This document shows positions 37,477 through 48,750 of a stretch of DNA of 64,000 nucleotides, piece after piece (the first letter of the stretch is position 1; each line of letters starts with the position of its first letter). Made by a program: the position numbers and the translations under genes. Under the pieces are notes generated by a model. The model was not told the DNA's origin. It ran no database searches and was given only the letters and a program-made list of their open reading frames with translations. This stretch comes from Somniosus microcephalus (Eukaryota): the NCBI GenBank assembly GCA_052327205.1, contig CM126207.1, positions 82,522,001 to 82,586,000 on the forward strand. The letters run 5' to 3'.

Positions 37477-38988
37477 AGATAATAATCTGCCTTCCTGTTT
37501 TTGCCACCAAAGTGGATAACCTCGCATTTATCCACATTATACTGCATCTGCCATGCTCCTGCCCAATCACTCAACCTGTCCAAATCATACTGGAGTTTCT
37601 CGGCATCCTCCTCACAGCACACACGCCCACCCAGCTTTGTGTCGTCTGCAAACTTGGAGATATTACATCTAGTTCCCTCATCTAGATCATCATTTATATA
37701 TAATGTGAATAGCTGGGGTCCTAGGACCAATCCCTGCGGTACCCCACTATCACTGCCTGCCACTCGGAAAAAGAGCCGTTTATTCCAACTCTTTGCTTCC
37801 TGTCTGCCAACCAGTTCTTTATCCAAGTCAGTACCTTGCCCCCAATCCCATGTGCCTTAACTTTACACGCTAATCTCTTATGCGGGACCTTATCGAAAGC
37901 CTTCTGAAAGTCCAAATACACTACATCCACTGGTACTCCCTTATCTATTCTACCAGTTACATCCTCAAATAATTCCAGTACATTAGTTGAGCACGATTTA
38001 CCTTTTGTAAATCCATATTGACTTTGTCCGATCCTGTCACTGTTTTCCAAGTGCTCTGCTATTACATCTTTTATAATGGACTCTAGCATTTTCCCAACTA
38101 CCGATGTCAGGCTTACCGGCCTATAATTCCCCGTTTTCTCTCTACCACCTTTTTTGAATAGTGAGGTAACATTAGCTACCCTCCAATCCATGGGAACAGT
38201 TCCAGAGTCTATTGAATTTTGGAAGATGACCAGCAATGCATCTACTATTTCTAGGGCCACTTCCTTAAGTACCCTAGGATGTAGATCATCAGGCCCTGGA
38301 GATTTATCCGCCTTCAATCCCGTCAATTTCCCTAACACCATTTCCCTACAAATACTGATTTCTTTCAGTTCCTCCCTCTCATTAGACCCCATGTTCCTCG
38401 ACATCTCTGGGAGGTTATTTGTGTCCTCCTTTGTGAAGACAGAACCAAAGTATGTATTTAATTGGTCTGACATTTCTTTGTTCCCCATTATAAATTCCCC
38501 TGATTCTGACTGCAAGGGACCTACGCTTGACTTCGCCAATCTTTTTCTCTTCACATATCTATAAAAGCTTTTACAGTCAGTTTTTATGCTCCCTGCAAGC
38601 TTATTTTCCCCCTCTTAATTAATCCCTTTGTCCTCCTTTGTTGAATCCTAAACTGCTCCCAATACTCAGGTTTACTGCTTTTTCTGGCCAATTTATGTGT
38701 CTTGTTGGATCTTATGCTATCCCTAATTTCCCTTGTTAGCCACGGTTGAGTCACCTTTTTTGATTTATTTTTATACCAAACCAAGATGAACAAATTCTGT
38801 AGTTCATCCATGCGATCTTTGAATGTTTGCCATTGCCTATCCACCGCCAACCCTTTGAGTAACATTCCCCAATCAATCCTACCCAACTCGCACCTCATAC
38901 CATTGTAGTTTCCTTTGTTTAAATTCAGGACCCTAGTCTCTGAGTCAACTACTTCACTCTCCATCTTAATGAAGAATTCTATCATATT
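37477..38988 (-). mobile_element. CR1 LINE ORF2 (RT) fragment
   Basis: NYRPVSLTSVVGK, YLDFQKAFDKV, GVPQG, KFADDTK. Confidence 0.93.
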
Positions 38989-40409
38989 AAGACACTATAT
39001 AAATGCAAGTTTTTTCCTTACTGAACCACAATGACATTTCATTTGTGCTGAATTATTGTTTTATATTGTGGGGCAACAAGAGGAACTCTTGTACATGCAG
39101 AGATTCTGCCTGTGCAGCTGCACCAGAGTATAGCACTTCTTTGCATGCGTGAACTTTTCTGTGCAGTTAGTGCAACTTTATAGATCTGTCTTGGATGTTG
39201 GGGTGGGAGCTGTTGAAATGCTAAAAGCACATTGCTTGCATCGAAGCTTGAACCAAGAAGTCAGCCTGTCTATAACCAGCCCCAAGTGGTGGATTTAACA
39301 CCAAATACTTTTGTTGGGAGTTATTTAACTTTGGCAGTGGAAGCAGGGACTCTGCTCCTACTCCAGGAGTGATTTATTATTGGAAGCAAACTTTTGGTGT
39401 AAAGGGCGTATTTGGTAGCCAGTCATAGAGCCTTGAGAACAGCTCCAATGGAAGGTGAGGAGAGAAATAAACGCAGAACTGGGAGATGGACATTTTGTAT
39501 TTAGACAAGCGATAGCAGCAGGTCCGGTAGTATCTGTGGAGAAGGACACAGATTTAACGTTTCAGCTCCTACTACTTGTGGCTTCCAAATTAATGAAAAA
39601 ATTATTCCATGGTTAAGCCTACAGTAATGTGACTAGTCTGTTTTCACACCCTCCTATCCCCGAGTGACTCTTTGGCTAACATATTGATATCCTACTAGAT
39701 CACAAAAAAAAATCTATAACTGAATGGGAACTTAATATTTATAATTATGATTTGAAATTGAGTTCTGTATTAGCTTCCAAAATGTAAAATTGTAAAAACT
39801 AGCATAGTTTACAATAAAACATACTCCTGGATAAACCTGCCAAATATTTGGGATGTTCTGTTATAAAGCAGAAAGTTTTCATTAAATTCATCATCAAATT
39901 GTATCATTTTGTTTATAAAGTTCCAAACAGCCTAAAGTGTTTTGTCTACTTTGAGTGCTTTCAATGGATCAGATACCTGACTGAAGTAGCGAAGATCAAA
40001 CTTGCTTTTATGTAGGCCCTGATCATGTCTTCAGAACATCTCAAAATGCATGACCGTCAAAATGCATGACAGTAAATCAAATACATTTTGAAGAGCAGTC
40101 ACTGTTACGTAGGAAAATGTGGCAGCCAATGTGTGCACAGCAAGGTCCAACAAACAGTAAGTGAGATGAAGGAGCAATGAATTAGTGTTTGAACATAAGT
40201 AAGAGCAGGAGTAGGCCATACGGCCCCTCGCCTGCTCTGCCATTCAATAAGATTTGGTGGGGTTGGTTGTGGGGAGACTGTTGAGTTGGACACTGCGTTC
40301 TTTAACATCCATCATAGAGGCAGATAAGGGTGCTGGTGTAAAGTCTCATCCAAGGATAACATATCTAACAATGCAGTGATGCTTCTTGACTGCAGTGAAT
40401 ATCAGATCT

Positions 40410-43200
40410 AGAATCAGAATGGTTACAGCATGGAAGAAAGCCATTCGGCCCGCCGAGCCCATGCCGACTTGCAGCTTGTCCCACTCCTCTGCCCTTTCCC
40501 CGTAGCCCTGCAAATTTTTTTCCTTCAGATACTTATCCAACTCCCTTTTGAAAGATAAGATTGAGTCTGCCTCCACCACCCTTTCAGGCAGTGCATTCCA
40601 GATCTTAACCACTCGCTGCGTAAAAATGTTTTTTCTTACGTCGCCTTTGGTTCTTTTGCCAATCGCCTTAAATCTGTGTCCTCTGGTTCTTGACCCTTTT
40701 GCCAATGGGAACAGTTTCTCGATCTACTCTGTCCAGACCCCTCATGATTTTGAACACCGCTATCAAATCTCCTCTCAATCTTCTCTGCTCCAAGGAGAAC
40801 AACCCCAGCTTCTCCAGTCTATCAACGTAACTGAAGTCCCTCATTCCTGGAATAATTCTCGTAAATCTTTTCTGCACTTTCTCCTGAGGCCTTCACATCC
40901 TTCTTAAAGGGTGGTGCCCAGAATTGGACACAGTACTCCAGTTGGGGCCGAACCAGTGTTTTATACAGGTGGTTCATCATTTTCACACTTTTGTACTCTA
41001 CCTCTATTTATGAAGTCCAGGATCCTGTAAGCCTTTTTAACTGCTTTCTCAACCTGCCCTGCCACCTTCAACGATTTGTGCACACATACCCCCAGGTGTC
41101 TCTATTTGTGCACCCACTTTAGGATTGTACCATTTAGTTTATATGTCCTCTCATTCTACCAAAATGTATCACTTTGCACTTTTCTGCATTAAATTTCATC
41201 TGCCACGTGTCTGCCCAATTCACATGCCTATGTCTTCCTGAAGTCTATCACTATCCTCCTCACTGTTCACGATACTTCCAAGTTTTGTGTCATCTGCAAA
41301 TTTTGAAATGGTGCCCTGTACACCCACGTCCAAGTCGTTAATATAAGAACATAACATAAGAAATAGGAGCAGAAGTAGGCCATTCAGTCCTTTAAGCCTG
41401 CTCCGCCATTCAATGAGATCATAGCTGATCTGCCTCAATTCCATTCACCGGCCTTATCCCCATATCCCTTGATGCCCTTACTAGTCAGAAATCTATCGAC
41501 TTCTGTTTTGAATATACCCAATGACTGAGCCTCCACCTCCCTCTGGGGTAGAGAATTCCAAAGATTCACCACCCTCTGTGTGAAGAAATTTCTTCTCATC
41601 TCAGTCCTGAATGTCCTACCCTTTATCCTGAGACTGTGGCCCCTGGTTCTAGATTCCCCAGCCAAGAGAAACATTCTCCCAGCATCCACCCTATCGAGCC
41701 CTGTAATAATTTTGTATGCTTCAATGAGATCCCCTCTCATTCTTCTGAATTCAAGAGAATACAGGCCTAGTTTACTCAATCTCTTCTCATATGGCAGTCC
41801 CGCTATCCCAGGAATCAATCTCGTGAACCTTTGTTGCACTCCCTCTATGGCAAGTATATCCTTCCTTCGGTAAGGAGACCAAAATTGTACACAGTACTCC
41901 CTGATTATTGTTTCTAAAAGCGTCCCCACTACTGAGGTTAAACTGACTGGCCTGTAGTTGCTGGGTTTACCTTTACACCCTTCTTTGAACAATGGTGTAA
42001 CATTTGCAATTCTCCAGTCCTCTGGCACCACCCTCGTATCTATTGAGGATTGGAATATTATGACCAGTACATCCATGATTTCCGTCCTCAGCATCCTAGG
42101 ATGCATCCTATCCGCTCACGGTGATTTATCTACTATAAGTACAGCCAGCCTTTCTAATACCTCTTTCTAAATGTTTATCCTATCAAATGTCTCCACTACC
42201 ACCTCCTTCACTAGGTCTATGGTAGCATCCTCTTCCTTGGTGAAGATGGATGCAAAGTACTCATTTAGTACCTCAGCCATACCCTCTGCCTCCATGCATA
42301 GGTCTCCTTTTTGGTCCCTAATTGGCCCCACCCCTCTTACTACCTTTTTACTATTTATATGCCTATAGAAGGCTTTTGGATTATCTTTTATGTTGGCTAC
42401 CATCCTATTCTCATACCCTTTCTTTGCCCCTCTTATTTTTTTTCACTTCTCTGACATTTCTATATATATCCTTATTCTCAGATGTATTTGCAATCTGACA
42501 TCTGTCATACGTGCTTTTTTTTGTGCTTCATCATATTCTTTACCTGTTTTATCATCCAGGGAGCCCTGCCTTTAGTTGCCCTGCCTTTCCCCCTAGTGGG
42601 AATGTACCTCAACTGTCCCTGAACTATTGCCTCTTTAAAGGCAGCCCATTGTTCCATTACAGTTTTGCCAGCCAATCTTTGATTCCAGTTTACCCGGGCC
42701 AGATCTGTTCTCATCCCACTGAAATTGGCCTTCCCCCAGTTAAACATTTTTACTCCAGATTGCTCCCTGTCCATTTCCATAGCTAATCTAAACCTTATGA
42801 TACTTTGATCACTGTTCCCTAAATGTTCACCTATGACACTTGCTCCACTTGACCCACCTCATTCCCCAGAACCAGATCCAGCAATGCCTCCTCATTGGGC
42901 CGGAAACATACTGATCAAGAAAGTTCTCCTGAACACGTTTCAGAAATTCTTCCCCTTCTCTGCCCTTAACACTATTATGATCCCAGTCTATATTAGGATA
43001 GTTGTGTGGTGTATGTGCCTTTAAGAGCCCCTGTGTACTGTAATGCCGGTAATGGCCACTCGGGCTATATAAGCCTGTATAGTGTCTTGTATCTGTTAGT
43101 TCACCTCCAGACTTTGTTCAGTAAACACCTGTAAACCAACTCCTGCATTCCGTGTCTTCATTAACACACGGATACAAGAAGTTGAAGTCCCCCATTATTT
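40410..43200 (-). mobile_element. CR1 LINE with a younger CR1 3' piece nested at ~41345-41900
   Basis: RT and C-terminal motifs in several frames; internal aagaacat tail at ~41345. Confidence 0.9.
43005..43179 (+). mobile_element. Solo Gypsy LTR in a CR1
   Basis: AGTTG TSD; starts TGTGGTG; TATATAA and AGTAAA; similar layout to the 254-bp LTR. Confidence 0.75.
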
Positions 43201-44136
43201 CTACTCTATAGTTCATAAGAAATAGGAGCAGGAGTCGGCCATACGGCCCCTCAAGCCTGTTCAATAAGATCATGGCTGATCTTCGACCACAATTCCACTT
43301 TCCCGCCCGATCTCCATGTGCCTTGATTCCCCCAGAGTCCAAAAATCTATCTATCTCAGCCTTGAATATATTCAAAGACTCAGCATCCACAGCCCTCTGG
43401 GGCAGAGAATTCCAAAGATTCACAACCCCCTGAGTGAAGAAATTCCTCCTCATCTCGGTCTTAAATGGCTTAACCCTTATCCTGAGACTATGCCCCCTAG
43501 TTCTAGACACTCCAGCCAGGGAAAACAACCTCTCAGCATCTACCCTGTCAATTCCCTTCGCAATCTTGTATGTTTCAATGAGATCACCTCTTATTCTTCT
43601 AAACTCCAGAGCGTATAGGCCCATTCTACACAATCTCTCATCATAGGACAGCCCTTTCATCCCAACAATCAATCCAGTGAACCTTTGTTGCACCGCCTCC
43701 AAGGCAAATATATCCTTCCTCAGATAAGAAGACCAAAACTGTGCACAGTACTCAGAATTGTCTCACCAAGGCCCTGTACAATTGTAGCAAGACTTCCTTA
43801 CTCTTGTACTCCAACCCCCTTGCAATAAAGGCCAACATGCCATTTGCCTTTCTTATTGCTTGCTGTACCTGCATGCTAGCTTTCTGTGTTTCTTGCACAG
43901 ACACCCAAATCTCTCTGAACGCCAACATTTAAAAATTTCTCACCATCTAAAAATTATTCTGTTTTTCTATTCTTCCTACCAAAGTGAATAACCTCCCATT
44001 TCCCTACATTATACTCCATCTGCCACCTTACTGCCCACTCACTTAGTTCATCTATATCCCTTTGCAGACTCTCTGTTCTCCTCACAGCTTACTGTCCCGC
44101 CTAGCTTTGTATCGTCAGCAAACTTGGATACATTAC

Positions 44137-44390
44137 TGTAAAGTCTGTGAGTTGTTTAGTTAATTAATACACAGACTACCAGAGTAACTTAAAACAGGAC
44201 TTTACTATTCGAAGGTCAGGGCGAATCTGCCAAATAAATCCTGACACAGCACTTATATACCGGTGTGGTCACCGTCGGTATTACAGTATACAGAAGCCAA
44301 CAAAGTAGTGCCACACCTAAAATAGTTCTCTTAAAGGTGAACGGTTACATACAATGGTTTTCTTAAAGGTAGACGGATACATACACTACA
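44137..44390 (-). repeat. 3' LTR (254 bp)
   Basis: TG...CA ends; TATATAA and AGTAAA on the minus strand; PPT aaaaagggagg adjacent at 44393-44403. Confidence 0.96.
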
Positions 44391-44493
44391 ATCCTCCCTT
44401 TTTAGCTTACAACATACTTAGTCCCCATTAAACATAACATATATTCAACTTCATGTAAAACAATTCACAGGTATAATCTATGCGGGAAACAGT

Positions 44494-44750
44494 TTACAGA
44501 TTCAGTCTCTGCGGGAACAGTTCACAGATTCAGTCTCTGGTCTTGACTCGGTCCGAACAACATCTCTGTGGTGTAGCTGGTTCACATTGCTAGCGTGACT
44601 CATCCAATAGTCTTTCCCTTGACTTAACAGCTTGAACTTCCGTCCTGCTGAACCAGCAGTGCTGACTTTTACAAACAGCTGGACTGCCTTGGTAATTTTT
44701 CCTACTTGCCAACTGATTTGGCTCCCTTCGTACGGCCCACGTACATGATC
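44494..44750 (-). pseudogene. Degenerate integrase C-terminal remnant
   Basis: VRGPYEGSQISWQVGKI and a duplicated QRLNL* resemble the end of Gypsy pol. Confidence 0.45.
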
Positions 44751-44780
44751 TGGTAGAAGTGATAATGATTTAGATGGTTA

Positions 44781-46238
44781 TCACCTTCTGCTTCGTCTTT
44801 TTCTTTTCTGCTTCTTGGAGACTCTCGGGGCTCCCTTATCAGCTGCCAGCTGTAGCGCCACCATCTCCCTATGTTCCTTAGACTTTAAGTGCTTCATCCT
44901 GATTTCTGCACTTTGGGAGTTTTCATCACAAGCTGGGCAGACCAAGTCCTCGTAATATTCTGTGTCACTCAACAGGTCATGGTAATATTCGGTGTCGTCC
45001 TGAACTAGTCTAGCGAGAGGGCCTGCTACTTCTTCCTTACCCAACTGGACGTTAGCCGACTGTTGTTCCCTCCCTAGACATCTTTCCTGAAGAGACTTCT
45101 TCATGCGTTCATATTCATCCCGCTCTTCCTGGGTTTCCTGCAAATCTTTCACTAATGACCTCATTTGTGATTTCAATACTTCCCCTTCCATCGGGGATTG
45201 ATTGATCGGGCTATTCAATCCTTCTACTGGAGCAGCTGTTTCAACATTCTGTTGTTCACATAGACGTGATTCAGCGTACTTTTGGGATCCCAGTAAAATC
45301 TGTGTTGCAACCTCAGCTATTTCCATAACTTTTGAGAGCTCCGAACTCCTTCCCTTTGAAGATTGAAGCTCGTGTTCAGATTGTTCCCATTGCAGAGTCT
45401 TGTCCCTCAGCATATGAAGGAGTTGGCTGACCGTTAACTCCTCCACGGGAACACTGTGGATCAGCGTCTTCTCCATTTCATCCACCTTTTCCTCCAATGC
45501 TTTCACCTTCTTTTCCTCTTGTACTTTGGCTTTCAGCGCTCTGAGAAGTTGCGCCTTGATGCTCTCTAGCTCATGTTCAGGGGCCATTCTTACAGTCTCT
45601 GTGTTTCTTACAGTTTCCTTTTCTTCCACTGAAAGGATTCCCAGTTGAATCTGTTCTTCAAGTTGTTGAACCTCGGTCATTGCCGCCTCATATTTGTCTT
45701 GGGTTTCCTTCAATATTTTTATGAGTTCTTGGACATCTTGTCTTTCATGTTCTGCCATGTCTTTCACCTCTAATTTCTCATCTATGGATGGAACTTCTAC
45801 CGATGAGTCTGTCTTGGCCTTGAGCTCATCAAGAATTTCCTGCAGCCTTTGGACTTCTTGCTCATGTTCAACCTTTAGTTGCTCATATGCTTCTACTGAA
45901 ACTAGCTTTTTGGAGGTTGCTGAGTTAATCCCCTCCAGGATTGTAGCCTGGGCCTGTTCATACTGTTCCTTCAACTTCTCAAACTCTGCTTGTAAGGAGT
46001 CGTAGAGAAGAACGGGAATAAAATCCTGGCTTCCTGAAGATTCCTCTTCATTTGCTCCTTCCTGCAAATATTCTAACTCCTGAACAGCATAAGGGAGATG
46101 TGATCGGTAATTGGTCACAATGGCTCTATGGTCGCTCTCTGCTTGAGCTAGCTGCTTCTGTTGTCTTTCCAGATTCTCCCATTCGGTGTCATAGAACTTT
46201 TTCATTGTTTTCATCTCTTGTTCGAGACGGTAACTCAC
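44781..46238 (-). CDS. 485-aa chimeric cargo ORF: ANKRD24/RAI14-like coiled coil + optineurin-like coiled coil + DNAJC21-like zinc finger and basic tail
   Basis: Uninterrupted ORF where pol should be; no RT/RH/INT motifs; recalled matches YRSHLxYAVQ, IPxxLYDSLxAEF, EELTVSQLL, MKKxLQExC, DLxCPACD...HREMVAL. Confidence 0.8.
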   Translation of the reverse strand: MSYRLEQEMKTMKKFYDTEWENLERQQKQLAQAESDHRAIVTNYRSHLPYAVQELEYLQEGANEEESSGSQDFIPVLLYDSLQAEFEKLKEQYEQAQATILEGINSATSKKLVSVEAYEQLKVEHEQEVQRLQEILDELKAKTDSSVEVPSIDEKLEVKDMAEHERQDVQELIKILKETQDKYEAAMTEVQQLEEQIQLGILSVEEKETVRNTETVRMAPEHELESIKAQLLRALKAKVQEEKKVKALEEKVDEMEKTLIHSVPVEELTVSQLLHMLRDKTLQWEQSEHELQSSKGRSSELSKVMEIAEVATQILLGSQKYAESRLCEQQNVETAAPVEGLNSPINQSPMEGEVLKSQMRSLVKDLQETQEERDEYERMKKSLQERCLGREQQSANVQLGKEEVAGPLARLVQDDTEYYHDLLSDTEYYEDLVCPACDENSQSAEIRMKHLKSKEHREMVALQLAADKGAPRVSKKQKRKRRSRR

Positions 46239-46253
46239 TTGTTCTACTTGCTG

Positions 46254-47159
46254 TCATAATTTGAAATAAAGTTGAGTCCGAGCTCGGTGTTCGTCAGTCA
46301 TGGATATGTCCGTAAACTGAACAGACTCAGAATTCTCTGTCAAACTATGTTGTCGTTGTTCGGTGGAGTTCTGTTCTGAAACTTTGTTCTTCTCTGGAGC
46401 ATAAGCCTTTATGCATGCCTTCGTTCTTCCAACCTTAGTCGGCAAGTCCATTTTAGCCTTGTCTTTCATATTTGGGTTGGTCTTATCGGCATCCGTTTCA
46501 GAATCTGAGCTGATTGTCTGCACCGAGTCCTCACTCGTTATGGCTTTTAGATAGTGCCATTCCATGTCTATTTTCTTGATCCACTCCCATCCCAGAAGTG
46601 GTGGTCCTCCCTCAGGTAGTACGTATAAGTTCATTCTTGGGTGTTCTTTACCCCCATCTCTCACCTTGACTCTTATCTTCCCCATGGGGTATACGTTATG
46701 CCCCGTGTATGTCTGCAATACGAACTTGGTATCTCTTAAGGGTATATGTGAGAATAGCCGGTGGTAATCCCTTCGATTTATGACTGATAGAGCTGATCCA
46801 GTGTCCAACTCCATTTTCACTTGGACTCCAGCTATTTTTAGCATGACCCAGATAGTTTGTAGGTCAGCTTCCTTACTCACATTGTGAATTCTCAGACTGC
46901 CCAGCTCCTGGCCGTTTGGGTCTGAGTCCGAATTCTGTTCGTCTGAACTCTTCTCAGCCACCTTGTGTACCTTGTTGTACTTTCCCTGTGATGGCTTCCT
47001 TTGGTTGTTGGTCTTCTTCCCTGACCGGCATACCTTAGCTATGTGACCCAGTTTGCCACATTTCCTACATTCCTGGTTCTTAAACCAGCATTGGTTTTGG
47101 TCGTGTGTTGTCTTCCCACAACGATAGCATTTTGTTGTACTCGAGGTAATTTGATCCAC
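46254..47159 (-). CDS. Gag zinc knuckles + aspartic protease + linker
   Basis: Two CCHC knuckles (CYRCGKTTHDQNQC, CRKCGKLGHIAKVC); LDTGSA catalytic motif; LLGWEW. Confidence 0.92.
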   Translation of the reverse strand: MDQITSSTTKCYRCGKTTHDQNQCWFKNQECRKCGKLGHIAKVCRSGKKTNNQRKPSQGKYNKVHKVAEKSSDEQNSDSDPNGQELGSLRIHNVSKEADLQTIWVMLKIAGVQVKMELDTGSALSVINRRDYHRLFSHIPLRDTKFVLQTYTGHNVYPMGKIRVKVRDGGKEHPRMNLYVLPEGGPPLLGWEWIKKIDMEWHYLKAITSEDSVQTISSDSETDADKTNPNMKDKAKMDLPTKVGRTKACIKAYAPEKNKVSEQNSTEQRQHSLTENSESVQFTDISMTDEHRARTQLYFKL

Positions 47160-47686
47160 ACTGAGTGCCGCTGCATTTCCGCAGTTCCCTTCGCTGCGGC
47201 TTCGTGCGATGCTGCAATAAGGACAGCCCTGTCAAGTGTAAGGTCGTTCTCTTCGAGTAGTCGCTTTTGCGTTCCTTCCTTTGACAACCCGCACACGAAC
47301 TTGTCTCGCAATGCCTCTGTCAGATTCCCTCCAAACTGGCAGTGTTTCGCTAGTCTATGCAGTTCGACCAAGTATTCTGCGTTGCTTTCGTCTTTCCTTT
47401 GCGTTCTCGCATAGAATTTGAATCGTTCCGCCAACATCAACGGTGTGGGGTTCAAGTGATCCTTCAGAACAGTCACAATATCATCGAAAGTCTGATCCGC
47501 CGGTTTAGCTGGTGCTAGTAGATGCTTCAAGAGCCCGTATGTCTTCGCGCCCATCGAGTTTAGCAAGGTTATAGCTTTGTCATCTTCTATTTTATTGGCC
47601 TCACAATAGATCTCAATGCGTTCCACATACGTGGCCCAGTCTTCTACCTCGGAATTAAAATCGTTGATGTTACCACGCTTAGGCAT
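47160..47686 (-). CDS. gag: Gag capsid region
   Basis: W..Y.ER....EAN, AERFKF..R.Q, LRDKFVCGL motifs of Mag-type Gypsy gag; frameshift near 47160. Confidence 0.9.
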
Positions 47687-48739
47687 CTTCCTCTCTTCCT
47701 GATAACACCACGAATTATTTCTTTAAATTTTCTTTTATTTATTAATTAATTTTTTCCAAGATGGCGGTTCCCGCGAAAATGGCGGTTTCCCGCGCTTATC
47801 TTCTCTCCCCGCCCACTTCAATGGCGGTTTCCCGCTTCTGTCTTCTTCCCCGCCTAATGGCGGCTTCCCGCGTTTCTTCCCTAGCGGGAGGGGTACACTT
47901 TCCCCACGGGCGACGGCCGCTGGCTTTCAGGTTCACAGCCTGTGCGTCGGCTTCAGGGCTTTCCCTTTTCTCGGCAGGGCAACCGGCACTGGGTACACCC
48001 CGTTGATGGCGAACAGTTTCAGCCGCTGGGCTGGCTCTCGCTCAGTTCCCCTTGCTCGGGCTCTGTCTCTCTCCCGCTCGCTCGGCTCTACCGGCGCTGG
48101 GTACACCCCGTTGACGGAGAACAGTTTCAGCCGCTGGACTGGCTCTCGCTCAGTTCCCCCTTGGTTGGCTCTGCCTCTCCCACTCACTCGGCTCCCAATC
48201 GCGCCTCCCAGCCCTCTCGCAGTCCGGTGCTTCCCTCCCCGGCTGCGGCTGAGTTTATCTCTTCCCGCGCCTACGCTCCCGGTCGCAGCGCTTCGTGGCT
48301 TCAGTCGCTGCCCGGCCTTTTTCGCCGGTCGCGGTCTAGCTGTCTCACAACGCCGTTGCGTCCCCCAGCCTGTCTGTACCGCGGCTTCCTTGCTCCACGC
48401 TGCCCCAGTCTCAGCGCCTCTGGACCCGACTTCTGTCCGGCTCCTTTCCCCCTCGACCGTGGTCGAGTGCACCGCCCTTATCCTCCGGTTATTCTTTTTA
48501 CTTTCCCTTACTCACAGTCACCGTGGCCGCCTTGCTTCTCGTGCTGATCGGCTCACTCCTCACCGTGGCAGAAGGGACAGTCAGTGCCTGTTGCTGATGG
48601 AAGTCTTTGTCTCTAACTTCTTCTTCCTTTCTAGTTCTGCAACCTCGAGTTTTCTCCCAGCAGAACGACGAGGGCGGTTGCCTCTTCTCGACGCTCGTTA
48701 ACTGCTTCGGAAGTATTGTTGCCGCAGGGTACGATCGGA

Positions 48740-48749
48740 CTCGTCGCCA
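48740..48749 (-). other. Primer binding site TGGCGACGAG
   Basis: Begins TGG one nt inside the 5' LTR; common Gypsy PBS. Confidence 0.85.
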
Positions 48750-48750
48750 C

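Noticed and set aside
41435-42106. 223-aa CR1 ORF joining RT N-terminal and C-terminal motifs
   Set aside because: Chance in-frame junction between two nested CR1 fragments with the RT core absent
47761-48701. Overlapping 179-232 aa ORFs in the Gypsy leader
   Set aside because: GC-rich, open in several frames on both strands, no recognisable domain
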